From contig CBDDDZ010000003.1 in NCBI GenBank assembly GCA_965226795.1, positions 128,001-192,000 of the forward strand: a DNA stretch of 64,000 bases, given 5' to 3'. This DNA comes from Candidatus Latescibacterota bacterium. GTDB lineage: Bacteria > Latescibacterota > UBA2968 > GCA-2709665. Position 1 is the stretch's first letter; every line of letters begins with the position of its first letter. The position numbers and the translations under genes are program-made. The notes below the pieces were generated by a model. It searched no databases. It was not told the origin of the DNA and worked only from the letters and a program-made list of their open reading frames with translations. Shown piece after piece: positions 1 to 10,482 of the stretch.

Positions 1-2
1 CC

Positions 3-554
3 ATCGAACTGGTCGCGGAAAACATCGTCCGCGCGGTTGCGGACCCGGAAGATGACGAGGCGCGGTCGAATATGATCCTGGCGTCGAGTATGGCCGGTAT
101 GGGATTCGGCAACGCGGGCGTTCATCTGCCTCACGGGATGTCCTATCCCGTGTCGGGTATGGTTCGTAACTACAAGCCGGATGGGTTGGTGAGCGACCAT
201 CCCATTGTACCTCACGGGATGTCGGTCTTCCTGAACGCGCCGGCGGCCTTCCGATTTACGGGGCCGGCCTGCCCGGACCGACATCTCAAGGCCGCGACGT
301 TGCTGGGCGCGGATATTGGCGGAGTGAAAGACCCCGAGGCGGAGGCAGGCGAGGTACTCGCGGATCGCATTGTAGCGCTCATGAAGCGTCTTGAAATGCC
401 GAACGGACTTTCGGCGATCGGTTTTACGGAAGCGGATGTGCCGGCGCTGGTGGAGGGCACGCTGCCGCAGCATCGCGTGACCAAGCTGTCGCCGAAGCCC
501 GCCAGCGAAGCAGACCTGGCAGCGCTATTCACGGAATCGCTGACAGCGTGGTAG
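3..554 (+). CDS. Fe-containing alcohol dehydrogenase / hydroxyacid-oxoacid transhydrogenase-like, C-terminal part (5' truncated by window)
   Basis: GFGNAGVHLPHGMSYPVSG and VPHGMSV metal-binding motifs; frame open from window start. Confidence 0.85.
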   Translation: MELVAENIVRAVADPEDDEARSNMILASSMAGMGFGNAGVHLPHGMSYPVSGMVRNYKPDGLVSDHPIVPHGMSVFLNAPAAFRFTGPACPDRHLKAATLLGADIGGVKDPEAEAGEVLADRIVALMKRLEMPNGLSAIGFTEADVPALVEGTLPQHRVTKLSPKPASEADLAALFTESLTAW

Positions 555-706
555 CTGTAAAGCGGCGGACACAACGGCTGCTCGCTTGCGACAGTCACGG
601 TCGGCTGCATTCGGTCACTTAGTCGTTGCGTAGCAGTGCCTTTATTCATACCATTGCCGGGCCTGTTCTTCGCTATTTCTACATTTCCACCGGAGGGACG
701 GACGTT

Positions 707-2668
707 GTGGAAGCCAAACTGATCTGGTTGTTTATCTTTGTGGGTATATACTGGGCCTATTGTCTTTTCTGGGGGTTCCGGGGGGCGCTGCAATCGCGCA
801 CCTCCGAGGACTATTTCGTGGCCGGTCGCAGTATCGGGGTCTGGGTTTTTGTACTCGCCGCCACGGCCACCAGTTTTTCGGGTTGGACCTTTGTGGGTCA
901 TCCGGGCCTGATTCTGGAGGCGGGCCTGCCCTATGCGTTTGCTTCCTTTTATGCGTTGACGATCCCGCTTACGGGCGTGCTTTTTTTGAGGCGGCAATGG
1001 CTGATCGGCAGGGCGTTTCAGCATATCACGCCCGGCGAGATGTATTCTCACTATTACGGGGGCGATACGATCCGTTTGCTGACCGTACTCGTGGCGTTTC
1101 TTTTCAGCGTGCCTTATCTGGGGGTGCAACTTCGGGCCTCGGGGGTGTTGTTCAACGTCCTTTCCGATGATCTGATAAGCGTCGAAGTGGGGATGTTCGC
1201 CCTGTCCGCCATTGTGATGATCTATGTGGCTGCCGGCGGGCTGCGTTCCGTGGCTTACGTGGATTGCGCGCAGTGCATTCTTCTGGCGTTCGGGATTGTG
1301 GCACTGGGGTTTGTTGCGGTTCATTTTGCAGGCGGATGGTCCTCATTCACCGAGGGCGTCGGAAATCTGGTTCGGCAGGACCTGGCATCGGGAAAGGGAC
1401 TGACGGCCGCGGGGCATTCACATTACGTGGCGCTTCCCGGCTCAATTCAAATTGTCTCCGCGGGGTCGAAAGCGGTCGGCGGCGTCTGGACAGGTATGAT
1501 GTGCATGACTTATATGTTCGCACTGATGGGCATCCAGTCTTCGCCCGCGTTTTCGATGTGGGCTTTTTCCAACCGTAGCAGTAAACCGTTCCGTTGGCAA
1601 CAGGTGGTGGCTTCTTCGCTAATCATCGGGATCATCCTTTTTACCTTTACCATTTTTCAGGGGCTGGGCGGCAATGTGCTGCTGGCCAACGGGGTGTTCG
1701 ACGAGGTGAGCCGGCCTGAACTGGTGCCCCGGCTGATTGACCTGCTTGCGGACAACTATCCGTGGCTGGTGGGATTGCTGGCTGTGTGTGCGCTGGGGGC
1801 CATGCAGAGTACCGGGGCGGCTTATATGTCGACGTTCAGCGGGATGGTAACCCGGGATCTTTATCGACGCTATATTTCGCCAGACGCGTCGGACAGTATA
1901 CAGAAACTCTACGGCCGCATTTTCGTGATTATCGTAACGCTCGCGGCGCTTTTTGTCGCGGCCAAGTCGACACAGGCCATCGTGATGCTGGGTGGTCTGG
2001 CCGTGGCGTACGGGTTTCAGATGTATCCGGCCCTGATGGGGCTATGTTACTTCCGCTTTTTCACGCGGCGGGGTGTGGTGTTGGGGCTGGTGGCGGGACT
2101 CGTGGCTGTCACACTCACGGACCGCACGGTTGCGGAGATCCTGCCTGCGATTATGGGATTTATAGAGCTGTTCCTTCCGGAGCGCATAGCATCGTCGGTC
2201 GGAGACGCGCCCTGGGGAGCGTACCCGTTGACGATTCACAGTGCCGGCTGGGGAATTTTCTTCAATCTTCTGGTCGCCGTGCTGGTTTCCTACCTGTGGC
2301 CGGAGACCGGCGCGGACCGGGAGAAAAAAGCAAAACACCACCGCTTCGTTCAGGCGGTTTCGGGTATTTCCGAAGATCGGCGCAGACATGTACCCCTGGC
2401 ATGGCTGCTGACCGCGGTCTGGTTTCTCGTGGGTTTCGGACCCTTTGCCGTGGTGGGAAATTCGCTGTTCGGCGATCCCAACCGGCCCGCGACGTGGGGC
2501 CCGTTCGGCCTGCCTTCGCTGTGGGTATGGCAGTTGTTGATGCTTGTTTTCGGAATTTTCGTCATGTGGTACCTGGCATTTTATGTGGGGCTCTCCAGGC
2601 CGATTCCACCCGAGAAGGTCGAGGAGGCGCGGAAGGCACATCTGACGGAGACGGATGACGCGACCTGA
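707..2668 (+). CDS. Sodium:solute symporter (SSS family)
   Basis: EDYFVAGRS, AATATSFSGWTFVGHPG, GGLRSVAYVD motifs; many TM helices; GGAGG RBS before GTG 707. Confidence 0.9.
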   Translation: MEAKLIWLFIFVGIYWAYCLFWGFRGALQSRTSEDYFVAGRSIGVWVFVLAATATSFSGWTFVGHPGLILEAGLPYAFASFYALTIPLTGVLFLRRQWLIGRAFQHITPGEMYSHYYGGDTIRLLTVLVAFLFSVPYLGVQLRASGVLFNVLSDDLISVEVGMFALSAIVMIYVAAGGLRSVAYVDCAQCILLAFGIVALGFVAVHFAGGWSSFTEGVGNLVRQDLASGKGLTAAGHSHYVALPGSIQIVSAGSKAVGGVWTGMMCMTYMFALMGIQSSPAFSMWAFSNRSSKPFRWQQVVASSLIIGIILFTFTIFQGLGGNVLLANGVFDEVSRPELVPRLIDLLADNYPWLVGLLAVCALGAMQSTGAAYMSTFSGMVTRDLYRRYISPDASDSIQKLYGRIFVIIVTLAALFVAAKSTQAIVMLGGLAVAYGFQMYPALMGLCYFRFFTRRGVVLGLVAGLVAVTLTDRTVAEILPAIMGFIELFLPERIASSVGDAPWGAYPLTIHSAGWGIFFNLLVAVLVSYLWPETGADREKKAKHHRFVQAVSGISEDRRRHVPLAWLLTAVWFLVGFGPFAVVGNSLFGDPNRPATWGPFGLPSLWVWQLLMLVFGIFVMWYLAFYVGLSRPIPPEKVEEARKAHLTETDDAT

Positions 2669-2753
2669 TCCAAGCGACAGTCAATAACAAATGAGGGGCC
2701 TTCACAGACGGGCCCGCATCCACACATGAGAGTGTGGTTCAAGATCGAAAAGG

Positions 2754-2787
2754 AAAAGGACGGATTCCGTTAACGGGCCGTCCTTTT
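2754..2787. terminator. Bidirectional intrinsic terminator
   Basis: AAAAGGACGG...CCGTCCTTTT inverted repeat between convergent genes. Confidence 0.7.
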
Positions 2788-2817
2788 CGGTTTTTTGAAG
2801 ACCTTCAGGTGACCATG

Positions 2818-5147
2818 TCACCGCAGCAATACCGGTCCCCGCTCGTCCTCCCAGTCCATACGCACGCGGTCCCGTCCACCGCCGGCATGTGCGATGCTAA
2901 CGGTCCACACGTTCGCGCGTCGGATGGTTTTTGTCGTGATTCCGGCGGTGACGCGGTCTGCGCCAAACGGGTATATCACGTATCCTGTTCGGAACGGGAG
3001 CCGGGTCCGTCTTTTGTAGACGGCCACGGGCGCCGGCACGTCCTGCCCGCCGATGGCCAACCATCCCTGCACCGGTTCGTTCCGGCCGCAGATCAACCGG
3101 GGCGTCATCCTGACCAGGGGAAGGAGTTCCAGGTTGGGCGCGTTCATGCGCCCCGTGCGGACGGCTCCGGTATCGGGATCAACAAGAAGACGGAACGGCA
3201 TAAAGTGGAAAAACGCCTCGTACGTATGCCTGCCCTCGCCGGTCAGTTCATCGAAAATGACGAAATAGTCCGGTTTCACAAAAATCACGGCGCGGCGGTG
3301 CCGGACCGGCGTATCCAGGTCCGCGTAGGGTGCGTCATAGCTTGCCACGGCGACGTCGGAATGGTCATCCGAATGCCAGAACGTCGTATCGCGCGCGGAT
3401 TCGGTCCACTGTTCGATGGTTTGATTGCGGCCCCGCGCCTGTGGCCGACCGTCCACAAGGACGGTATTGTGCGCCTGCGTTGTGGTATAGAATCGGGTCC
3501 ACGGGTTCGTGTAATAAGACGTGATGCCGGGATCCACAATGTAGGGTGTGCCATGCGCATAGACTTCGAAGCTCAGTTTGTCTTCGTGCTGGTGCCAGCG
3601 TCCGTAGGGGCCGCCCTCGAAGAAGAGATATCGGGCGTTCCGATCCCAGCCGCTTCGCATAATGAAATAGCCCGAGTCCCGGAGGGCGATCGAACTGTAG
3701 GCGGGCGGGGCGCCCTCGCGGCCCTCGGCGCCCACCCATACCGCGGCCGGATTGTCGAAAATGCGGCCGGGGCGAGCGAGGGAGTCTGCATATTTCGAGT
3801 CCAGGCTTCCGGCGTCGGATACGGAGGGATGGGTGAAATCCGGTCGGGTGATGGCCACGCACCAGTCGAACATCGATCGAATGCCGGCCTCCAGTTCGGG
3901 GTCGAGCGGATGGTTGAACTTCCGCGCCACCTGCAACGACTCCAGGAACCAGGTTGCAATGCCCATCTGGTAACCCGGCGTGAGTTCGTACGATGCCCCG
4001 TCGGACATCACCTGTACGCGCATGTCGTCCAGCAGCCTGCGATATCCCTCTTCCCGCCAGGATGCGGCGTCCCTGAACTCGGGAAAAGCGCAGCCCAGCG
4101 CGCCAATTGTGCGGGCTTCCGCAATGGTCTTGTTGGAGGGCGGATAGGACTGGAACTTCAGCAGGTAGGCCTGGTGCTCGTAAATGGATTTCAGCATGTC
4201 AATTATCGTGACGTCGTCGGTTTCCGGACATGCGCACAGGACGCGGAAGACGTCCACGAGCGTGCTGAAGGGTCGTATGGCCACCACTAGCGAATGGCCC
4301 CAGGGGTATCCGCCGGCACGAACGCCGCAGGGTACCGGGCAGCGCCGCATCCAGTCCGCGATGTACGGTTCAATGCCCTTTGCGTATTTCGCCTGTCCGG
4401 TTTCCCAAAACGCGTCGATTGCTGGCCTGAGGAACAGGAGATAGTGGATGGCAAGGGTCCATTCGATATAGCCGGTGGGATTGGCTTCCCAGTCGATTTC
4501 CGCGGACCAGTCCTGGCCCAGGACCCGGCCTTCCAGGATTCGATCGGCCTGATCGAGATCGGCCGTCGGCGTCTGTTCACTCCGAATCAGTTCCCGGTCG
4601 AAGTCGCCGGATCGGAAATATGCCGCGACTTCAGGCAAAACAGATCCGGCGGATGCCCCTTTTGCCGCTTCCAGGCCAGGATGATCCAGGTTCAGCTCGG
4701 CAATGAGTTGCGTTTGTCCGTCAACCTCGGACCCGGTGTGACGTCGCGTTCCACCAGGCGAATGTTGCGAAACCGGCTGCCCTGGGGGCCATCGACCGTT
4801 GCCGATCTCGTTTCCTTCCATCCCGAAGGCATCCCCTGCGTATAGAAACACTCGGCGGGGAACCGGAATTCCCGCCAGCCCTCCCAGATGTTGCCGCCGC
4901 GCGGGGAGACGATGGCGTTGAACTGATAGCCGTCGTCCTCGCTCATGCCCTCCGTACGGTGGCCGGACGTCAACCGGCACCGGATCTGTCCGTCCGCGTT
5001 GGGCGGGAGAAGGACGTCGGCGCGAATTTCATTCACGCGGCGCCAGTCCCCCGCGTCCACGGGCAGGTCGACATTCTCTCCCTGCTCGGATTCGTCAAGA
5101 AGCTGTTCCGAGATTACCGTGTCGTCCTGGAATTTGGCGAGGTCCAT
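2818..5147 (-). pseudogene. Heparinase II/III-family protein, split by one frameshift near 4715 (pseudogene or assembly error)
   Basis: ORFs 4692-5147 and 2818-4980 join at GPRLTD/QTQLIAEL if one A is added to an AAA run; heparinase motifs SGYFIMRSGW, HQHEDKLSF, DPG, TQAHNTV. Confidence 0.8.
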
Positions 5148-5268
5148 GGATGGCTCCCTTTCGTGTGCGGGATCGTATCGCCCGCCCCGGCAATGGCTGA
5201 ATGAATAGAATCTGTCCGATTTGAGATGAGCGAAGGCATGTATAGCCTTTGCATTCCACTGTATTTAA

Positions 5269-5428
5269 CAGTCCGTTGATAAAGTCGCTCTGCAGGCGAG
5301 GCCGAGTCATTGTGGCCGAAGACAAGGCGCGCGACCGCGTCGAATCGGGGGATTCGGGGAGGGAGTGCAACGCAGTAATTCGGCCACAAGGGCCGGACGC
5401 AGCCCGGATGGACTTTTTCAACGGGCTG
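5269..5428. mobile_element. MITE family A, copy 1
   Basis: TIR CAGTCCGTTGATAAAGTC...GACTTTTTCAACGGGCTG flanked by TTAA on both sides; second copy at 60218-60376. Confidence 0.85.
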
Positions 5429-5969
5429 TTAAGGGTCGATTGCGGGATTCCTCGGCCCTTTGCTTGCTCGAAGCCGGTGTTATCTGTGTCGGCTTGAGCG
5501 ACGATGTGAACCGTTCCATCGCCATCTCGTCCAATTTACGTGGAAACCCTTCGCGCGTGAAATGCAGTAGATAACAGACGACATGCTGTCAGGTATGTGT
5601 ATAGATTCGGAAAAAGTAGACAAAAATGTAAATATATTAATATTTGTATTAAGGAAAATTAATAGTTATATTTTCCGCGTTGTATTTCGCACCTCGCACG
5701 AACACGCATTGTAATTCGTCATTGAGGTACTATACCGCTACATAAAAAGACCGTCGGTTCCCTGACCGGCCAGAGTCGAAAACCGACGATCCTCCAGGAA
5801 GGCGCACACCCTATTTGTCCCCGGCGCTTTTGCGCTCTGAGGCAGGATGCGGCCCTCATTTTGAAATATAGAGGTCTCCCCCTGTAATGTCAATTGCATC
5901 GGTTCAGGATCCTGTCCGAAACGTCTCGAGACCCGAATTCGAGCATCGCAATGCTCATGGCGGAAAACC

Positions 5970-6090
5970 ACGTGGTCTCCGGATTGGACGGATATATCCG
6001 GCAGCGGCGCCAACACAACCGGCCACACAGTATCAAGCTTGGCCAACGGCACTACATACACCTTCCAGGTGCGCGCCGTCAACGCAGGCG
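5970..6090 (+). pseudogene. Fibronectin type III domain remnant
   Basis: Translates TWSPDWTDISGSGANTTGHTVSSLANGTTYTFQVRAVNAG (C-terminal half of Fn3); no start codon or N-terminal half. Confidence 0.75.
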
Positions 6091-6248
6091 TACTGTGGAG
6101 CAAAAATCGACTTTCCCCTTGCCGGGAAACATATAATTCAGTTTTTTTATTACGGCGGATGGTTGGGCGTAGCACCGCCGTTCAATCCACGAAGGACCCC
6201 GACCGACCGTACTTCGATGTAAGACTGTTAAAGACAGAAGCATCGGCC

Positions 6249-6722
6249 ATGGCAGGAAAGGTCGCGACTCTGGTCACGCTGACGATACTCGCGGGTCTGG
6301 CCGGCACGGGATGCGACTATCCTTCCGGGTCCGATCCTGTTTTTCGACCTTACCTCATCAAGGTAGACAGTCTGACGGTTACGGCGCGTTTTGGGGCGAA
6401 TGACACCAGGGCGCCTCTGGCGGTGAGTGACACCATGTGGGTTCACTTTTTTGGCAGCATAGGCCCCCAGGGGAACTACGAGTTTTCTCGTTGCCACGAA
6501 TTTTCTCATATTGACACGACCAGAATCGATCCGATCGGATACAGGGTGCGCGTATGGGGAAAGGAAGATATCCGTCCCAATAGAGGCTGTGCAGCCCCGG
6601 CCTTGAGGATGAGGGGAACCTTGTTCCTGGAATTTCTTCCGCCACTTAGGGTTGGCGCCTGGGTCTTCCTGGTGTCCCAGCCCAACGGTTCTGTGTTGAG
6701 AAAAGAGGCTGTGATCCGGTAA
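6249..6722 (+). CDS. Putative lipoprotein, paralog 1
   Basis: Signal peptide ending LAGTGC; shares C-terminus PPLRxGxWxFLVSQPxGSVLRKE with paralogs 2 and 3. Confidence 0.75.
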   Translation: MAGKVATLVTLTILAGLAGTGCDYPSGSDPVFRPYLIKVDSLTVTARFGANDTRAPLAVSDTMWVHFFGSIGPQGNYEFSRCHEFSHIDTTRIDPIGYRVRVWGKEDIRPNRGCAAPALRMRGTLFLEFLPPLRVGAWVFLVSQPNGSVLRKEAVIR

Positions 6723-6895
6723 TGGATACCCCGGACTCACCTGACACTTTGCCGCTTCAAACCTGCTTTACCTCGTTTTTTCTTTTCCGTTCGGTCGGGA
6801 GTCTCCATCGCCAGGTCGGAGAAAGTGGGCAAGTCCGACGCGGGGAATTTGCAGAAACTGAATCCTTACCGGTTCAGCCGAAAGGAAAGTCGGTC

Positions 6896-7375
6896 ATGAC
6901 AGGAAGGACCGCGGCTTCAGTCTCCTTAACAATCCTGGTGAATCTGACCTGCCTGGCGTGCGGCTACTACCCGCTGAAGTCGGATCGTGATCTTCGGTAC
7001 TTTCAGATAAAGGTCGACAGCGTTTCAGTTGTGTCTCCCTTGAGGGTCGTCAGACCAGGCTATGGTGAAGTTACCTGGTGGCTGCCCTCGAAGTCTCCAT
7101 TGACCGTCACAGATACCTTGGGAGTCCAGTTTCATGGTTGGATCGGTCCCGATGGATGTCACCAATTTTCCCATTTTGACGTAACGAAAATCGATATGGC
7201 CGGGTACAAAGTGAGCGTTTGGGGTAAGGAACAGTCGGGTGTTGTCTGTGTCGATATACTTATGGAATTACGTCACGTCTTGGAGATTTATCCGCCCTTG
7301 AGGAAGGGCACCTGGATCTTCCTGGTGTCCCAGCCCGATGGCTCTGTGTTGAGAAAGGAAGTTGTCGCGCGATGA
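6896..7375 (+). CDS. Putative lipoprotein, paralog 2
   Basis: AAAGGA RBS, signal peptide ending LTCLAC; stop overlaps start of the LRR gene (ATGA). Confidence 0.75.
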   Translation: MTGRTAASVSLTILVNLTCLACGYYPLKSDRDLRYFQIKVDSVSVVSPLRVVRPGYGEVTWWLPSKSPLTVTDTLGVQFHGWIGPDGCHQFSHFDVTKIDMAGYKVSVWGKEQSGVVCVDILMELRHVLEIYPPLRKGTWIFLVSQPDGSVLRKEVVAR

Positions 7376-9474
7376 AATCTGCTTCGAACATCCCGGTTCT
7401 CCTTTCCCTGCCATTCTGCATTGCCGTGCTGGGTTCTGTTCTTACATGGTGTGCAGGTCTATCCGCATCCGACGATAGCCAACGTCCCTATGTGCCGCCG
7501 AGCGAGATCCCTGCGGCTCTCCTGTCGACACTCGAGGACGCCGCCCGGGAAGTCCTGATCGCGGTCGCGTCCGGAATCATGAACTTTCCGGAAGGTAAGA
7601 CCGTTGCGCAATGGCACGAATTCGAGAATGTCCATCCGGCTCTAAAGGATGCGCTCGACAGGCACGCGCCGGAGATTCTGTCTAAAGTATTTCCTGACGC
7701 AGAATCCAGCAGAACATACAAGATAAGATTTCCCCATGGCGCGGACCGGGCAGCGATATCCGAAGAACTGCAACACCTTCCGGGAGTCGAATTCGCGGAA
7801 CCCAATCAGATCGGCACCCTGGGATACTGTCCCGACTATGTCGATGACACTGGACCTGAAAGTGCCGTTGCATCCGATTTCGACGGCGACGGACGGGTAG
7901 GATTTGCAGATTTCATCGCCTTCGCCGGCGCGTTTGGTAGATCGTCTGGCGATGAGCAGTTTGATGCGGGATTCGACCTGGACGACGATGACACCGTTGG
8001 ATTTGGCGATTTCGTAATCTTTGCGGGTAATTTTGGAAAGCTGGTAGGCGAGAGCAATGGCGCAATTTGCGGCCGGACGTCACAGGTGCGCCACGCCATC
8101 CTGAGAGCGCTATCGGACGTGGACAATTGCGCCCTCGTAACACGGGAGCACCTCGCGTCGATCCAGGGCCTGGTTCTGGTTTACGAGTGCATTACCGGCT
8201 TTCGTGAAGGTGATTTCGCCAACCTCTCTAATCTGAAAGGTTTGGAGCTTTCCAGCAATGATCTCACGACACTTCCGGAAGGTGCATTTTCACGCCTGGA
8301 CAGCCTGAAGATCCTGGAGCTTCGCTACAACAGACTGACGTCGCTGCCCGAAGGTGCGTTTTCAGGATTGTCCAATTTGAGGGGATTGGCGCTATCCGGA
8401 AACAATCTGGAAACGCTGCCTGAAGGCATCTTCAGCGATCTGGCCAGTCTACGAAGGCTCAGCCTGAAGAACAATTCTCTCAGTGCGCTGCCGGTAGGTA
8501 TGTTTTCCGGATTGGACAGCCTGCGTACGCTGGTGTTCAAAAACAACAACCTGGAATCACTGCCGGTGGGTGTCTTTGCCGGCCTGTCTGCACTTCGCAG
8601 CCTGTTTCTTGATGCAAATGCTCTGGGCACGCTGCCTGCGGGTCTGTTTTCCGACCAAACCCGTCTGGAAAGACTGGAACTACGGAAAAATGTCCTGCAC
8701 ACACTGCCAGCGGGTGCGTTTGCCGGCCTTAACAGCGTGCGCACCCTGATGCTGGAAGATAACGAATTGGGTACACTGGTTGACGGTGTATTCAATGGGA
8801 TGGGTAGGCTGGAAACGCTGTCGCTTTTTCGAAACGCTTTACAATCGGTCCAGGGAGGCGCTTTTTCCGACCTTTCCAATTTGCGAGTTCTGATGCTCAG
8901 CGAAAACGAACTGACGACGTTGCCAGAAGGCACATTCACGGGCATGAAACGATTGCAAGCGATTTGGCTATATAACAACCGTCTGACCACGCTGCCTGCG
9001 GCTGCGTTCTCGGGCCTTGACAGCCTGCGCGCACTTGTGCTTAGTGACAACAATTTGAGCACGCTACCCGAGGGCATGTTCTCTGGTCTGTACAACCTGG
9101 GGTCGTTATGGATTGACAATAACCCGGGGGCTCCCTTTACGTTGACGATAGAGTTGGAGCGCACCGACAACCTGAACGCATCCGAGCCAGGACCGGCGAC
9201 TGTGGTCGCCCGGGTCGCGGAGGGCGCCCCTTTCGATATGACCGTCAATCTGGCGGTACAAGCAGGTAGCATTTCCGACTCGACGGCGACCATATTGAAG
9301 GGGCACATCGAGAGCGAAGCCTTCGTCGTGACACAGATAGGGTCCGAACCGACGACGGTGAGTATGGTTTCCGCGCCAGGCATACCGATGCGAGGAGATG
9401 GCTACACAAACTACGACGGTATCCTGACCGCGGTGGGTGCGTCCATTGTTCTGTTCCCGAAGTCCACTGAATAG
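7372..9474 (+). CDS. Secreted leucine-rich repeat protein with propeptide-like and dockerin/EF-hand-like domains
   Basis: Signal peptide; LPGVEFAEPN; DFDGDGRVGFADF and DLDDDDTVGFGDF; about 13 typical 24-aa LRRs (LxxLPxGxFxxLxxLxxLxLxxN). Confidence 0.9.
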   Translation: MKSASNIPVLLSLPFCIAVLGSVLTWCAGLSASDDSQRPYVPPSEIPAALLSTLEDAAREVLIAVASGIMNFPEGKTVAQWHEFENVHPALKDALDRHAPEILSKVFPDAESSRTYKIRFPHGADRAAISEELQHLPGVEFAEPNQIGTLGYCPDYVDDTGPESAVASDFDGDGRVGFADFIAFAGAFGRSSGDEQFDAGFDLDDDDTVGFGDFVIFAGNFGKLVGESNGAICGRTSQVRHAILRALSDVDNCALVTREHLASIQGLVLVYECITGFREGDFANLSNLKGLELSSNDLTTLPEGAFSRLDSLKILELRYNRLTSLPEGAFSGLSNLRGLALSGNNLETLPEGIFSDLASLRRLSLKNNSLSALPVGMFSGLDSLRTLVFKNNNLESLPVGVFAGLSALRSLFLDANALGTLPAGLFSDQTRLERLELRKNVLHTLPAGAFAGLNSVRTLMLEDNELGTLVDGVFNGMGRLETLSLFRNALQSVQGGAFSDLSNLRVLMLSENELTTLPEGTFTGMKRLQAIWLYNNRLTTLPAAAFSGLDSLRALVLSDNNLSTLPEGMFSGLYNLGSLWIDNNPGAPFTLTIELERTDNLNASEPGPATVVARVAEGAPFDMTVNLAVQAGSISDSTATILKGHIESEAFVVTQIGSEPTTVSMVSAPGIPMRGDGYTNYDGILTAVGASIVLFPKSTE

Positions 9475-9727
9475 ACCCTGGAGTCTTCTCCGGTAGCGGG
9501 CCCTGAATTGAAGCACCGAGGATCATTTAATGCCGGGCATCCCGAAAACCCGGGCCGGTTGCCGGTTGGTGCAGACCAGGAAGGAAAGGAAAGCCAGTTG
9601 CTCCCACAGGCTCTTACACGATACTCTGCGGCAATAGCGTATAGCCTCGAGCGACAAGCCCCGTCAGCCCGATCACGCGATGCCGGCGGCAGCGCATAAG
9701 AAAAGGGACGAGAAAGGCGCGACCGGA

Positions 9728-10210
9728 ATGCAGCGCAGAATTGTGGCCTTCATTTCCTCGACGATCCTGGTGGGTCTCACCTTTCAGGGTTGTGAATACT
9801 ACCCGCTAAAATCGGATCCCGACTATCGGTTCTTTCAAATCAGAGTCGACAGCGTTTCCGTTGTGTCTCCCTTGAGGGTCGTCAGACCAGGACGAGGCGA
9901 AGTTACATGGCTGGTGCCCAGGAAGTCTCCGTTGGCCGTCGATGATACCATGCGCGTGGCGTTTTATGGCTGGATCGGTCACGATGGATGTCACGAATCT
10001 TCTCATATCGACACGACGAGAATCGATCTGGTCGGGTACAGAGTCAAGGTATGGAGTTGGGCTCGAATGCATGGGGGCTGTGTCGATATAGTTATGGAGA
10101 TACGTCCCGTCTTAGACATTTATCCGCCTTTGAGGATTGGCACATGGATCTTCCTCGTGTCCCAGCCCGATGGTTCTGTGTTGAGAAAGGAAGTTGTGGT
10201 TCAGCGATGA
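9728..10210 (+). CDS. Putative lipoprotein, paralog 3
   Basis: Signal peptide ending LTFQGC; YYPLKSD...VDSVSVVSPLRVVRPG shared with paralog 2. Confidence 0.75.
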   Translation: MQRRIVAFISSTILVGLTFQGCEYYPLKSDPDYRFFQIRVDSVSVVSPLRVVRPGRGEVTWLVPRKSPLAVDDTMRVAFYGWIGHDGCHESSHIDTTRIDLVGYRVKVWSWARMHGGCVDIVMEIRPVLDIYPPLRIGTWIFLVSQPDGSVLRKEVVVQR

Positions 10211-10344
10211 ACACTTTTCATGAGGTGAAAGTTCATTGATAACCGTTTGGTTTAAACCTGCGTCTTGAGGTATTGTTGAGGGATTCCGGCGTCGCTGGTT
10301 CTGTTAACCGCTGATGCCGTTGATCTCTCCCGGATACGCAGGGG

Positions 10345-10372
10345 TTGACAACGGAACCTGGGAGGTTACATT
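10345..10372 (+). promoter_or_regulatory. Candidate sigma70 promoter for hemB
   Basis: TTGACA-16nt-TACATT. Confidence 0.4.
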
Positions 10373-10482
10373 CCGACTGTGAGTGGATCGTCATCGCGCG
10401 AGACACTTTCCACAATGTTCGACCTGGGCTGTCAGGAAGCCATCAGACGGGTCCACGCGGCTGATTATTGAAGGGTGACACT

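Noticed and set aside
2734..4290. Long antisense or alternate-frame ORFs (also 10465-11685, 41648-43006, 43037-44608)
   Set aside because: Shadows of real GC-rich genes on the opposite strand; no recognisable motifs
8160..9125. 72-bp periodicity resembling an array
   Set aside because: Explained by degenerate coding LRR repeats; no identical repeats with spacers, so not CRISPR
6249..10210. Diversity-generating retroelement TR/VR among the lipoprotein paralogs
   Set aside because: No reverse transcriptase in the window and differences are not visibly adenine-specific
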